Origin: Selaginella moellendorffii
Taxonomy: Eukaryota > Plantae > Lycopodiophyta
NCBI RefSeq assembly: GCF_000143415.4
Contig: NW_003314285.1
Location: 585,370 to 649,369, forward strand
Direction of reading: 5' to 3'
Length of the DNA stretch: 64,000 bases
In this document: positions 38,101-49,300 of the stretch, piece by piece
Numbering within the stretch: position 1 is the first letter of the stretch
Layout: each line of letters opens with the position of its first letter
Program-made: the position numbers and the translations under genes
The notes under the pieces: model-generated
Seen by the model: the letters and a program-made list of their open reading frames with translations, nothing else
What the model was told of the DNA's origin: nothing
Databases searched by the model: none

Positions 38101-40726
38101 GAAGCAGATGACCCACCCGCTATTGCGTTGAAGACCCAGCTGAGCATTTCCCATGCTGCACCTGGAGCTTTCTTTGGATTCGAAAGCTCCATAGCCGTCT
38201 TCAGTTCCTCAGGCACGGGTAAATTGACCTCCCTCAGATCAATTCGATTGGCCTTGTCGAACGAAGCTGGGAAGTCACTCCAGTCCCACTCTGCTGCAGG
38301 ACCAATAACAAGGGCGAGTGTGAAGATGCGGACATTCATCGGTATCTTCTTCTTAGCCATTATCCCATGGATCTCCCGCATCTCCTTGCCTTTCAACCGA
38401 GCCTTCACCTCGTTCAAGGCCTTCCAGAACTTGTGATAGGATTCGGAGTCGTAGATCATATAGTGGACTGAAGATTCCACCTCCGCAAGTCCCACCATTA
38501 AGTCAATGATGGAGCTGACTTCGTCTGCATGAGTGATCTCCTCGTTTGTGAAGTCCATCACACAAAAGATGTTCTTGACCTGCTCATCTCCGCGGGAAAC
38601 GATGCTCCTCCACCTTTGATCCTCATCCGAATTCAAGTATACCCGGTAAGGTTCTCGATAGGCCTCTGCTGCGGGGTCGAGCTGTTTCTGAAGCCGGCGG
38701 TCGACATCAATCTTAATGAAATTTGGATACTGATCCAACTTCTCAGCTTTACTTTTCGTGGCATCCCGCAGCAGATCGGTGAACTTGGGGGCCCCCTTCA
38801 CGTACTTGTCGATGTCTTCATTTGAAAACTCCAGCGCTTCCATCATCTCTTGCGTGGTGTCGATGCTCACCCTCTCCACGGCCACTTGCTCGAAGATCCA
38901 ATCCTTCAATAGCGCACGAGCTCTCAGAGTCGTGCACAAGTCCTCGTATGTCACAATATGGCCGGGAGTCATTTTGGTCTTGTTGAAGACAACCTCACCA
39001 CGTAGAAGAGCATTAGCCACTGTCAGAAGGTCGTCGTCGTCTAGAGACCGCGAGAAACGCAAGGCGTTGAGCTTCAAATCATTGGGCTTCCGGCCGTCCT
39101 CCACACCCATTGAGTTTGGCAACTCCCCGTCATGGTACCTCCTCAGCACATCTACCCATTTGTCAAAAACAACTTTTGTCGCGAGTAGAATGTTATGGAT
39201 GCTGAGTGTGTCATTGACCCCCAGTGTTTTCGAGAGAAGACTCGAGAATTCCTGCAATGGAAATGGCGTGAGGCCACATGCTATGCCACATGCAACGAGG
39301 CTTACCTGCCAGGCGCTAGTTGCTAGTGCACGTCCTTGTCCTGGTTTTTGTGGCTTCTTCAGTTGAACCCAGAGCTTCCGTGTTCGTGCCAATGTCTCGT
39401 GCAAACCCGATTTGTAGCACGTTTCTTGCTTGACATTCTGCGCGTGGGAGATGTATATGATAGATCGGAGGGGCGAGTTGCCTTTTATCAGGCGGACAAC
39501 TCTTGTCTTGAAGACTTTCTTCACCTCCTCGCCCACCATAATATCCACAACTATCTCTTGCATCGCCAAGCTAGAATGCTGCCCGGAGACGGCATAGAAC
39601 CGGATGTTCTGATCGTCCAACACCTTCCTATTGATCAAGTCTGGAAACCTCGTCTCGCCCTTCATTGTTCGGTAGTAGGGGATCACGTCTGCGATGTCGG
39701 GTGTTACTGGACTTGCCAGCATCTTCTGCTTCAGTTTCTCCACCCACTCATCAGATACTAGCCTGTGGTTGTATTTGCTTTGGATGTCGATACGGCTCAC
39801 GTCGATTGTATATACATTGTTGGAATAGTAACAAGTACTATTATCTGCGACGATTTTTGCTGCCTCTTCTTGCTCTTTCTGCTCTTTGCGGCTCTTCTTT
39901 TTGGTGGGTGTAGTGTTCGAACCCGAGGCAATGGCATCACTGAGTAGCTTCTTTTTTGGAGCAGGAGAGTCGGACGTCGGCTTGAGCTTGACCACCCTTT
40001 TCTGCTTTGAGGTAGTTTCCAGATCGACCCCCTTCCCCTTTGCTTCGCGAACTGGAGTCACTCTCAACGGCTCAATGTTGGAATATAGTTTTTGAACATC
40101 GCCGTAGGTGAGGTCCGTGGATTCCATGTGATCTTCATAGACCCGCAGCGTCTTTGAAATTGTGGGCCTCCTGGACAACCTCTCCCTAGCTCCCTCTAGG
40201 AATTCCTCATAGCCGCTGCCCCCCTCCGGGAAGCCGCTAGGATGTGCAAGGTGGATCTTGAAGGCAGACGCTGTCTCTACCACAAGTGCCAGTCCATATT
40301 CTTGCATGGAACTGCATGGAGTGTCTGTCACTTGGATGAGGATCCCCATGCATTCTTTTCTCCCACCATCTGTGTTGTACAGCCTCAGATCCTCGCCTTC
40401 TATCCCGAAAGTCCAACTGGTGAGCTCCTCCCCCTTCTCTGCATCCACATTGACAGTGGCTGGAAGAAGAACGCAATTCCTCGCCTGTTCAGAAATGCAC
40501 AACAATTAGAGCTGACAGATGAAAAGCTAGTAGCTGGAAATAACGTGAGGCCACACGCCATTCACCACTGCATCAGATGTCTTGAGGCTGCATCCTAAGA
40601 TGGCGTGAGGCTACACGCCATCTGTAACCGGACTGCACTTGAGAGCCCAATCGGTGCATGCCAATGTTGCTACTGAATGGCATGTGGCCTCATGCCATTT
40701 TCTACTTGGCCTAAAAGACTTACCAT
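35104..40726 (-). CDS. 11-exon cargo gene, ~1,643 aa: ParB/Srx-like, degenerate DNA-methyltransferase-like, acidic/repeat linker, FCP1/SCP-like HAD phosphatase
   Basis: Exons (minus): 40724-40726, 39306-40484, 37928-39251, 37791-37877, 37663-37734, 37470-37613, 36871-37422, 36799-36813, 36646-36753, 36014-36598, 35104-35966; total 4,932 nt, open throughout. All introns GT-AG; introns 3-10 all phase 1. Model is predicted from sequence; first exon least certain. Confidence 0.8.
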
Positions 40727-40944
40727 TTGAAGCCGAATGGAGGCGTGACAACCGGACTCGCTGGCGAATGTGCACTGTGTGTGCAGCGGATTGTAGCAGC
40801 AAGGCTACTCTGCCACTTACAGTTGGAGAGTGGCGCTGAAATCTCCCGGGACGCCAAGTGGGCTGCGTGTGGGTGGCGGAGTGGGCGGCGGAGTTGGCGG
40901 CGAAGTTACAAACTGGGTGTGTCTTGAAGTGGACGCCGATGAAC

Positions 40945-41075
40945 ACGAGCGCGATGCGAGCGCGAGTGGACGCCGATGCACACGAGAAACCTGTAGAGAA
41001 GTGGGAGCGCGAGTGGGAGCGCGATGCGAGCGCGAGTGGGAGCGCGATGCGAGCGCGAGTGTGCGAGCGCGAGTA
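40945..41075. repeat. CpG-rich tandem repeat (GAGCGCGATGCGAGCGCGAGTG-like) upstream of the cargo gene
   Basis: Directly visible; counterparts at ~33675-33800 (A) and 61176-61306 (C). Confidence 0.85.
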
Positions 41076-41974
41076 CGAAGCAAAATGCAAAACCTAACCT
41101 CACACGCGCGAAATGTCACGACGGTTGGTAATCCCGCCACGTCATCATTTCTCGGACTTGGGCGCCACCATTAATTTCTGGATCGGCGCGCGCATGCGTG
41201 AAATCCAAAAGAAATCCGCAACGTCATCATTCCTCGGACTGCATGCACGCGAAATCCAAAAGAAAGATCATGATTGGGATATCATTTAATACCCTCGCTA
41301 TATTTATACCATGCATGATTGGATATTCCAAAGCATCTTGTATTTCCAAAAATGCCAGATGTTCAGCTAAATAAATTGTCAGAGGATTTGATGTGACGTT
41401 CAAGCATGTGGGCTCATGCAATTTTGATCCCAAAAAATGCACCAAAAAATGCTCGGCGTCATCTGGCGTTATCTCTTGAATGGCGTGGGGCCGCATGCCA
41501 TTTTCAGGAGCACATAGGAGTATATTCCTAGAATATTCTGACACGCGCGAGATTGTTTTGAGTTTCCTGGAGATCCAACCGTTAGATCGCAACTAGATTT
41601 TACAGAATGGTATACAATGTCCTTCTTGATGACCCTGCAAAGAAGCATCTCGATCGGACACCACATGAGACCACACGAGCCTTACAATGTTTCAGGGGCA
41701 TTTGCCATAGATCCGACCGTTATTTTGCTCCAAGATTCTACAGTTTGGTGTGCATTGACCTTTCCATCGACACTACAAAGGGACATCACAATCAGATGCG
41801 GGATCACAAGAAACCAACTTCACTAACTCTGGTTTCACCAAGATCTACGTAAGGAGTTATGAAATGAAAGGACCCTCTTTATTGAAATGTGTTTATGGTC
41901 CTAAGGGCATTGTGACATATCCAAGGATTTTGCATCAAGTTCTGTATTTGCATGTTTATCAAGCTACTGAATTG

Positions 41975-42007
41975 CTAAACCCTAAACCCTAAACCCTAAC
42001 CCTAAAC
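41975..42007. promoter_or_regulatory. Short telomere-repeat / telo-box cluster in the divergent intergenic region
   Basis: CTAAACCCTAAACCCTAAACCCTAACCCTAAAC; also 32748-32773 (A, one unit fewer) and 62269-62301 (C). Confidence 0.6.
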
Positions 42008-42769
42008 ATGTGGCAAATGCTGCGTGAAGAAAGATGCCCTTTCTGGGCAAATGCTGTAAGAGGCAGATGCCGAGCAGATGTATCTCAGGCTAGCGAAGGG
42101 GACAAACGAAAGCTAGCTATAAACATGACGGGATGCAAATAGATTACTAGGCTAGTCCTGCGAAAATCAAAAACCATAATTGAAAACATTGAAAATGCAA
42201 AAAGAAAGGTTTATAATATTTTTGAATTTTAAGCAACCAAAGGAATGTAAGTAGGGCATGTGTTTGTAAGTTTAAAAATGCCTCAGCCATATAAATTCCC
42301 AAGTAAATAAAGCTGTTTCTATTTTTGGTACAGGTAAACTTTATAGCGTGTGGGCTCATGCAATTTTGAACCCAAAAATGCACCAAAAGATGCTCGACTA
42401 GCATTATTCTTTGAATGGCATGTGGCATTATATTGCCATAAATGGACGTACACACACAGCATAATTATTCCTTTACACGGCGAATAATCTTGGCGCGGAT
42501 CGCTGACATGGCATGGCAAAGTTCGAATCACTGACATGGCACAGCTGGATCGAGGCAAGGACATGATGTGACAAAGTTCAACCTCCGACAGCAAAGTCTA
42601 GAAGCTACTCAGTTTGAAATTTGTCAGAGGAATCATAAGATCTGGTTTGTCAGAGGATTTGATGTGACGTTCAAGCGTGTGTTATTTTTGAATTCTCGAA
42701 CTCATTCCTAGGTCTATCATTTTTGTGCGCCGTGTTCTTGGTTCCGCTGAGCGCAGTGAGCGCTGCTTG

Positions 42770-42940
42770 TGTAAGCGGCGTTGTGAGCTGTGGTTTATGC
42801 GTTTACAAGCGGTTGCAGCATTGCGAGCGCCATTGCGAGCGGCAGTTTATGCGAGTGGCAATTTGTGCGAGCGGCGCTACGAGCAGTTGTGGTGTTGCGA
42901 GCGGCGTTACGAGTAGTTGCGGTGTTGCGAGCGGCACTGT
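42770..42940. repeat. CpG-rich repeat (GCGAGCGGC core, ~30-bp units) upstream of the transposase
   Basis: Directly visible; counterparts at ~31815-31985 and 63065-63235. Confidence 0.8.
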
Positions 42941-43292
42941 CTTTGGTGTGGCTACCGCTTCCTCTTGATATTCGGCACTTGTGCTTCCTGGTATGTTCAC
43001 CATGGAATGGTTTAGGACCACATTTAGAAATGGCATGAGGCCACATGCCATCTTGGGCCCTTGCAATTTCATGGCTAGCGTATTGTCATGTATGTTTTTA
43101 CTTGCCTGCAGCTGTGTGTATATCAAGATGGCATGAGGCCTCATGCCAATTTTGTGAATGCGAAATTTCACATGGGTGTCAATAGCATGTTTGAATAATG
43201 GCATGTGGCCTCATGCTATTTGGTATGTTATGATTTAGGCCATTCTCCAATCATTTTTTGTATGGTCTTAACTTCTTTTCTGCACTTTCAGA

Positions 43293-46200
43293 ATGGCCTT
43301 CAGGGTTGGGGAAAAGGTTTACATTTTGAATGGTGGGAAGAGAGTTGCAAAAGGGACCCTTGTGTCTATGGATCGGAACTTTGTTATACACTGTCAAAGG
43401 CTTGGGGAAGGCAATGCTGCTGTATCAGTAGAGACTGTCTTCGATGGGAATGTGGTCGCTATTGAACGAGGAGAGATGGTCGTCGGGGTAAATGTTGTTG
43501 TTGCCTTGAAAAATCTGCAGAAGAAAGCAGATGTTGGGGACAGCGCAAGTGCGACGCATGTTCCCTCCGTGGATCTTAAGAACCGTGCTACATGGATTCA
43601 GGCAAAGGTGTTTCTAAACAACCCCGAGGGGGAGGTGGTAGCTGAGGGCTTAGCCACAGTTGTCGATCCAAGAGATGCGGTTGCTAATCAAGAATTGGGC
43701 TGGGATGATATTGGAGTTGCAATTTTAGAGGTTGTTGACACAGAAGAAAACAGTCTGACTATTGGAAGCATTGTGCGGTGGAAATTGAGGCATTTAGTGT
43801 TTGAGAATGTGAAGGATTCACAATCAAACACCACTACAACTGATGACAGAACATCTCTTCATGGGAAAAGAAAGTACACCTTCCTACAGCGCAGCCAAAG
43901 GGATCTGAGCAACGAACCGAAAAGGCAGAAAATGGCGATGGAGGTTCGAATGGTCTCGACAGTTGCTTGTTGCAAGAGGAGGTGCTGTCAACATGCTGAT
44001 TGGGATGCTATTGAAGAGGAGAGAGCAAGATACAAGACATTGTCCTGGAAGGCAGCTCGCAATTTTGTGTATGAGGCATTACGGTCATCTGTTGATGCTT
44101 CAGAACATCAGGTGGGGGGCATGGTCTTCCAGAGGGGTTTGGTCTGCATGAAGGCATGGAGAATCATTTATGGAGTCCCTCGAACCACATTCTACAGAAT
44201 CAAAACTGAGTTCGAGGAACAAAGGGTTCAACAGGCAGTCCATGGGAACGACGGTACGCACAAAACCAGGGGTCATGTTGTATATGGAGAGGCAATCTTC
44301 AAGAGGTTTGTCGAGACATGTAGCGAGCAGCAACCACATAAAACCCGCCTCTTGGAAGATGGAACACGAGACACCCAACGAGTTCTCCCTTCCATGTATA
44401 CCAAGGGGGCCATATTGGAAGATGTGAATCGGGAACTCCAGAGTAATGGCTACAGGAAGCTGAGCCAATCTAGATTTAGTAGATTGTGGAGCAACAGGTT
44501 CAGGGATGTGAGTATAGGAAAGTACTCCAGCTTTTCAAAGTGTGACGAGTGCACTGCTATCAAAATGGCTTTGTCGAAGAATTCTTGCAGCGCTCAAGAG
44601 CGAGAGACGTTGGTTAGAAGGCGGCTCGACCACAACATCGAGCAGAGAAGCTGCAGGACTGCATATTATCATAACAGGATTCTCTCCATGGAGAGACCTG
44701 ACTCTTACCTCTGCATCATCCACGACAAAATGGATCAGAAAAAGACGTGCTTACCTCGACTCAATCCTGCCCCCAAGGCAATCTCTTCATCCATGCAGCT
44801 GTCTGTGTCTTTGTTTGGCATAATCGCTCATGGGCATGGTGCCCAGAACTATGGGAACTTCTTTGTGCCTCTATGGGGTGGCGGGGGTGCAAACATGATG
44901 ATTGCGTCCTTAGCAAAACACTTAAGGTCTCTGCAAAGTGCGCAGACTGAGCTGAACGGCCAACCCTTGCATAAGGCCCTTGTCGATCGAACCCCATACA
45001 GGGTTCAGCTGGAGGAGGAGCAAAGGCTTGCAGTATCGCGTGGGGCCCCATGCCATCCTAGTGAATATGTTGGCCGTCAGATTGTAGGGTTATCACGTGA
45101 GGCCTCATGCCATTACGACGAGGCTGGTCGCCCGGTGAATGCACAGCCTCATCCAAACGAAGCAGAATCTCAAGGAAGTTCTTGCGGCCGATGTGGCCTT
45201 CCACCCCATCTTCTGCTCCAAACAGACAATGCTGGCAGTGAGAACAAAAACATGTACGTCTTCGCGTACTTGGCGATGCTTGTTGCCAAAGGCATATTTG
45301 AAACGGTTACACTTGGCTTTCTCATGGTTGGGCACACTCATGAAGACGTCGATGCCATGTTCAGTCACCTGGCAGAGTCCCTCCGGCGATCCAATGTCCT
45401 CACCCTCCCACAACTCTACGATGAATTCCAAAATTGCATCAAAGGCACTGTTGAAGCTGCACTTGTGACAGAGGTTCCAGACTTTAAGGGGTTTGTAAGA
45501 GGCTACATCAGGGACGGATCCGAAACGCTGATTGGCCACTCCAAGCCTCTTCAGTTTCATTTCAGCATGCGTGACGGTGCTCCAGTGATGAGGTACAAGA
45601 TGAGAGAATAGGACACAGTGTGGCTGCCAGTGGATGGCATTGAACTCTTCAAGAGAGATTCCATAACTGGGGAACCTATGATTCCTCAGGGTTCCCCACG
45701 GCCGATGCACCCGGATGGACTCAAAGACCAGGAAAGTATAGTGGCCGGGATTAGACAGCATATTGCCTTCTGGAAGAGGGGGTTGGTGTTTGGTGGAGAA
45801 TCCTATTTTAAGAGGTGCAAGCCTTTGCTCGAATACTGGGAGAAGATTATATCTGCTATCCAAAATGGGCCGGTTGTATATGAAGAATTGGAAGAGTCCT
45901 TTTGGCCAGAACCCAGAGCACCAGATAGTAGCGGAACAATGTCCTCTGGAAATGCAGTGACAGATAACGATGTTGAGGATCACTATTGTGGGCCGAGGAA
46001 CAAGAAGCCGGATTCAGCATTCAATCCAGTACAGGTCTGCAAAGGAATGGTCGTGCTTGTCAGACCCAGTAATAAAAAACAAATGATATGGGTGGGGCGC
46101 TGCATCACTGATGCAGAGGAGGACGCGGAAACTAACTCCTTCAATGTAACTGTGAAGTGGTTCAAGCCAAGTTCCGGATATACGAAGGATTGCCTAGAAA

Positions 46201-46361
46201 AGAGATGGGTGCTGAATCCAAGGGATCCCAGCATGAGCATATCGGTGGATAATGTTGTGCATGGTTGGATGCGGAAGCAGAGTGCCACCATCACCTTGCC
46301 AGACCATGCAAGAGATGCAGCAAGAGCATTCATAACCCGGGTTCAAGGTGAGATTCATTAA
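43293..46361 (+). pseudogene. Sola-like DDD transposase of copy B (~1,022 aa, one premature stop)
   Basis: Catalytic-type motifs IIHDKMDQ, LQTDNAGSENKN and FLMVGHTHEDVDAMFS; CxxC..H (KCDECTAIK...RRLDH); TAG at 45609-45611 where A has TGG. The 4-bp TSD fits Sola; superfamily assigned by eye. Confidence 0.85.
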
Positions 46362-49300
46362 TATTCCTTTACTAAGTTTCTAATGTATTTTATTTCAAGG
46401 TGAACAATCCGAATCTGAATCAGAGGAGGCGTGATGGCATGTGGCCCTTTGCACTAGTATATCTTAATACCGGTCTGAGAAATAGAATGGCATGTGCCCT
46501 CAGGCCTTTTACTAAATCACCTTTGAAAGAAATGCAAGCCTCTATGTCGTAAAAAAAAGGTACTAGAGAAATTCCTTAATAATATGAATGTTATTTAGTT
46601 TCATGAAAATACACTAAGGGTCAAATGAGTTAAATGACTTCTCCAGACTAGCAATGCCTCTTGCTACACCTTCACAATTAGATTCGTTAGAAAAAGATAA
46701 CATTGAATAATATCTAAATGTTCTCACCATTAAGTTATATGTCTGGCTAATAGGAATGACGTTCATCTTGGAAAGCTCACCACACGCTCAATGAACAAAC
46801 AAATAGTGTGTGCGCGCATGCCATCGCTCTTCTTTAGCTTCAGATTCGGCTTGTTCACCTTGACAATGAGATTTTTTATACAACCAGATGGACTCAGTCT
46901 GGACACAAAGTCACCGCGCTAGTCACCATGCCCCAGATATGTCTAGCCCCTGGACAAAAAGCATATAATTTCACGTCATTTTCAAATACTTGAAAATTTG
47001 TACCTAGTCCCATTTTACTGAATAAATCCCACTTTAACGAAATAGAGCTTATTCCAACATTGAGCCGTTGAAAGTGCCTCCAGTTCGCGAAGCGAAGGGG
47101 AAGGGGGTCGATCTGGAAACTACCCCGAAGCAGAAAAGGGTCGTCAAGCTCAAGCCGACGTCCGACTCTCCTCCAAAAAAGAAGCTACTCGGTGATGCCA
47201 TTGCCTCGGGTTCGAACACTACACCCACCAAAAAGAAGAGCCGCAAAGAGCAGAAAGAGCAAGAAGAGGCAGCAAAAATCGTTGCAGATAATAGTACTTG
47301 TTACTATTCCAACAAAGTATATACAATCGACGTGAGCCGTATCGATATCCAAAGCAAATACAACCACAGGCTAGTATCTGATGAGTGGGTGGAGAAACTG
47401 AAGCAAAAGATGCTGGCAAGTCCAGTAACACCCGACATCGCAGACGTGATCCCCTACTACCGAACAATGAAGGGCGAGACGAGGTTTCCAGACTTGATCA
47501 ATAGGAAGGTGTTGGACGATCAGAACATCCGGTTCTATGCCGTCTCCGGGCAGCATTCTAGCTTGGCGATGCAAGAGATAGTTGTGGATATTATGGTGGG
47601 GGAGGAGGTGAAGAAAGTCTTCAAGACAAGAGTTGTCCGCCTGATAAAAGGCAACTCGCCCCTCCGATCTATCATATACATCTCCCACGCGCAGAATGTC
47701 AAGCAAGAAACGTGCTACAAATCGGGTCTGCACGAGACATTGGCACGAACACGGAAGCTCTGGGTTCAACTGAAGAAGCCACAAAAACCAGGACAAGGAC
47801 GTGCACTAGCAACTAGCGCCTGGCAGGTAAGCCTCGTTGCATGTGGCATAGCATGTGGCCTCACGCCATTTCCATTGCAGGAATTCTCGAGTCTTCTCTC
47901 AAAAACACTGGGGGTCAATGACACACTCAGCATCCATAACATTCTACTCGCGACAAAAGTTGTTTTTGACAAATGGGTAGATGTGCTGAGGAGGTACCAT
48001 GACGGGGAGTTGCCAAACTCAATGGGTGTGGAGGACGGCCGGAAACCCAATGATTTGAAGCTCAACGCCTTGCGTTTCTTGCGGTCTCTAGACGACGACA
48101 ACCTTCTGACAGTGGCTAATGCTCTTCTACGTGGTGAGGTAGTCTTCAACAAAACCAAAATGACTCCCGGCCATATTGTGACATACGAGGACTTGTGCAC
48201 GACTCTGAGAGCTCGTGCGCTATTGAAGGATTGGATCTTCGAGCAAGTGGCCGTGGAGAGGGTGAGCATCGACACCACGCAAGAGATGATGGAAGCGCTG
48301 GAGTTGTCAAATGAAGACATCGACGAGTACGTGAAGGGGGCCCCCAAGTTCATCGATCTGCTGCGGGATGCCACGAAAAGTAAAGCTGAGAAGTTGGATC
48401 AGTATCCAAATTTCATTAAGATTGATGTCGACCGCCGGCTTCAGAAACAGCTCGACCCCGCAGCAGAGGCCTATCGAGAACCTTACCGGGTATACTTGAA
48501 TTCGGATGAGGATCAAAGGTGGAGGAGCATCGTTTCCCGCGGAGATGAGTAGGTCAAGAACATCTTTTGTGTGATGGACTTCACAAACGAGGAGATCACT
48601 CATGCAGACGAAGTCAGCTCCATCATTGACTTAATGGTGGGACTTGCGGAGGTGGAATCTTCAGTCCACTATATGATCTACGACTCCGAATCCTATCACA
48701 AGTTTTGGAAGGCCTTAAACGAGGTGAAGGCTCGGTTGAAAGGCAAGGAGATGCGGGAGATCCATGGGATAATGGCTAAGAAGAAGATACCGACGAATGT
48801 TCGCATCTTCACACTCGCCCTTGTTATTGGTCCTGCAGTAGAGTGGGACTGGAGTGACTTCCCAGCTTCGTTCGACAAGGCCAATCGAATTGATCTGAGG
48901 GAGGTCAATTTACCCGTGCCTGAGGAACTGAAGACGGCTATGGAGCTTTCGAATCCAAAGAAAGCTCCAGGTGCAGCATGGGAAATGCTCAGCTGGGTCT
49001 TCAACGCAATAGCGGGTGGGTCACCTCCTTCCGACTCCAAGGGCAAATGCGTTGTCGAGTACAACTGCGGCGGACTATTCTTTCGAGCCGCACTACTCAA
49101 GGGTGTCCCGTGTGTTGCGGTGACAAACTCCATTGAAGAGGTGACTTCAATGGAGCATATAATTATAGTTGCCAAAGAAAAACAGTATCTTCTCTGCGAA
49201 CCTGGTGAGTACACACTTTAAGTTTAAATGTTATCTCACAAGCTCTGTATGCAAGAGCGTGGCCACCCCCAGATGCTGAAATGGCGTTAACAGCTACTGT

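Larger units (their letters stand above)
34662..47050 (+). mobile_element. TIR DNA transposon copy B (12,389 bp), inverted and nested in A
   Basis: TIRs 34662-34685 and 47027-47050; TSD ATTC at 34658-34661 and 47051-47054. Removal restores AAACTAT-ATTC-CAACATT (KLYSNI), as in the intact B and C genes. Confidence 0.96.

Noticed and set aside
37918-39761. Antisense ORFs of 98-202 aa recurring in all copies
   Set aside because: Shadows of the cargo coding strand; recurrence reflects copy identity, and no motifs are recognisable.
40540-40698. Palindromes with unique spacers read as a CRISPR array
   Set aside because: Spacing is irregular (38 bp to kilobases), copies are degenerate and lie in introns and exons, and there are no cas genes.
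41975-42007. Telomere or chromosome-fusion scar
   Set aside because: Only 3-4 units, at the same internal position in all three transposon copies.
42723-43204. Third transposon gene (81-133 aa ORFs)
   Set aside because: Frames are held open by GC-rich tandem repeats and palindromes (MRPHAI, MACGLMP peptides); no domain signal.
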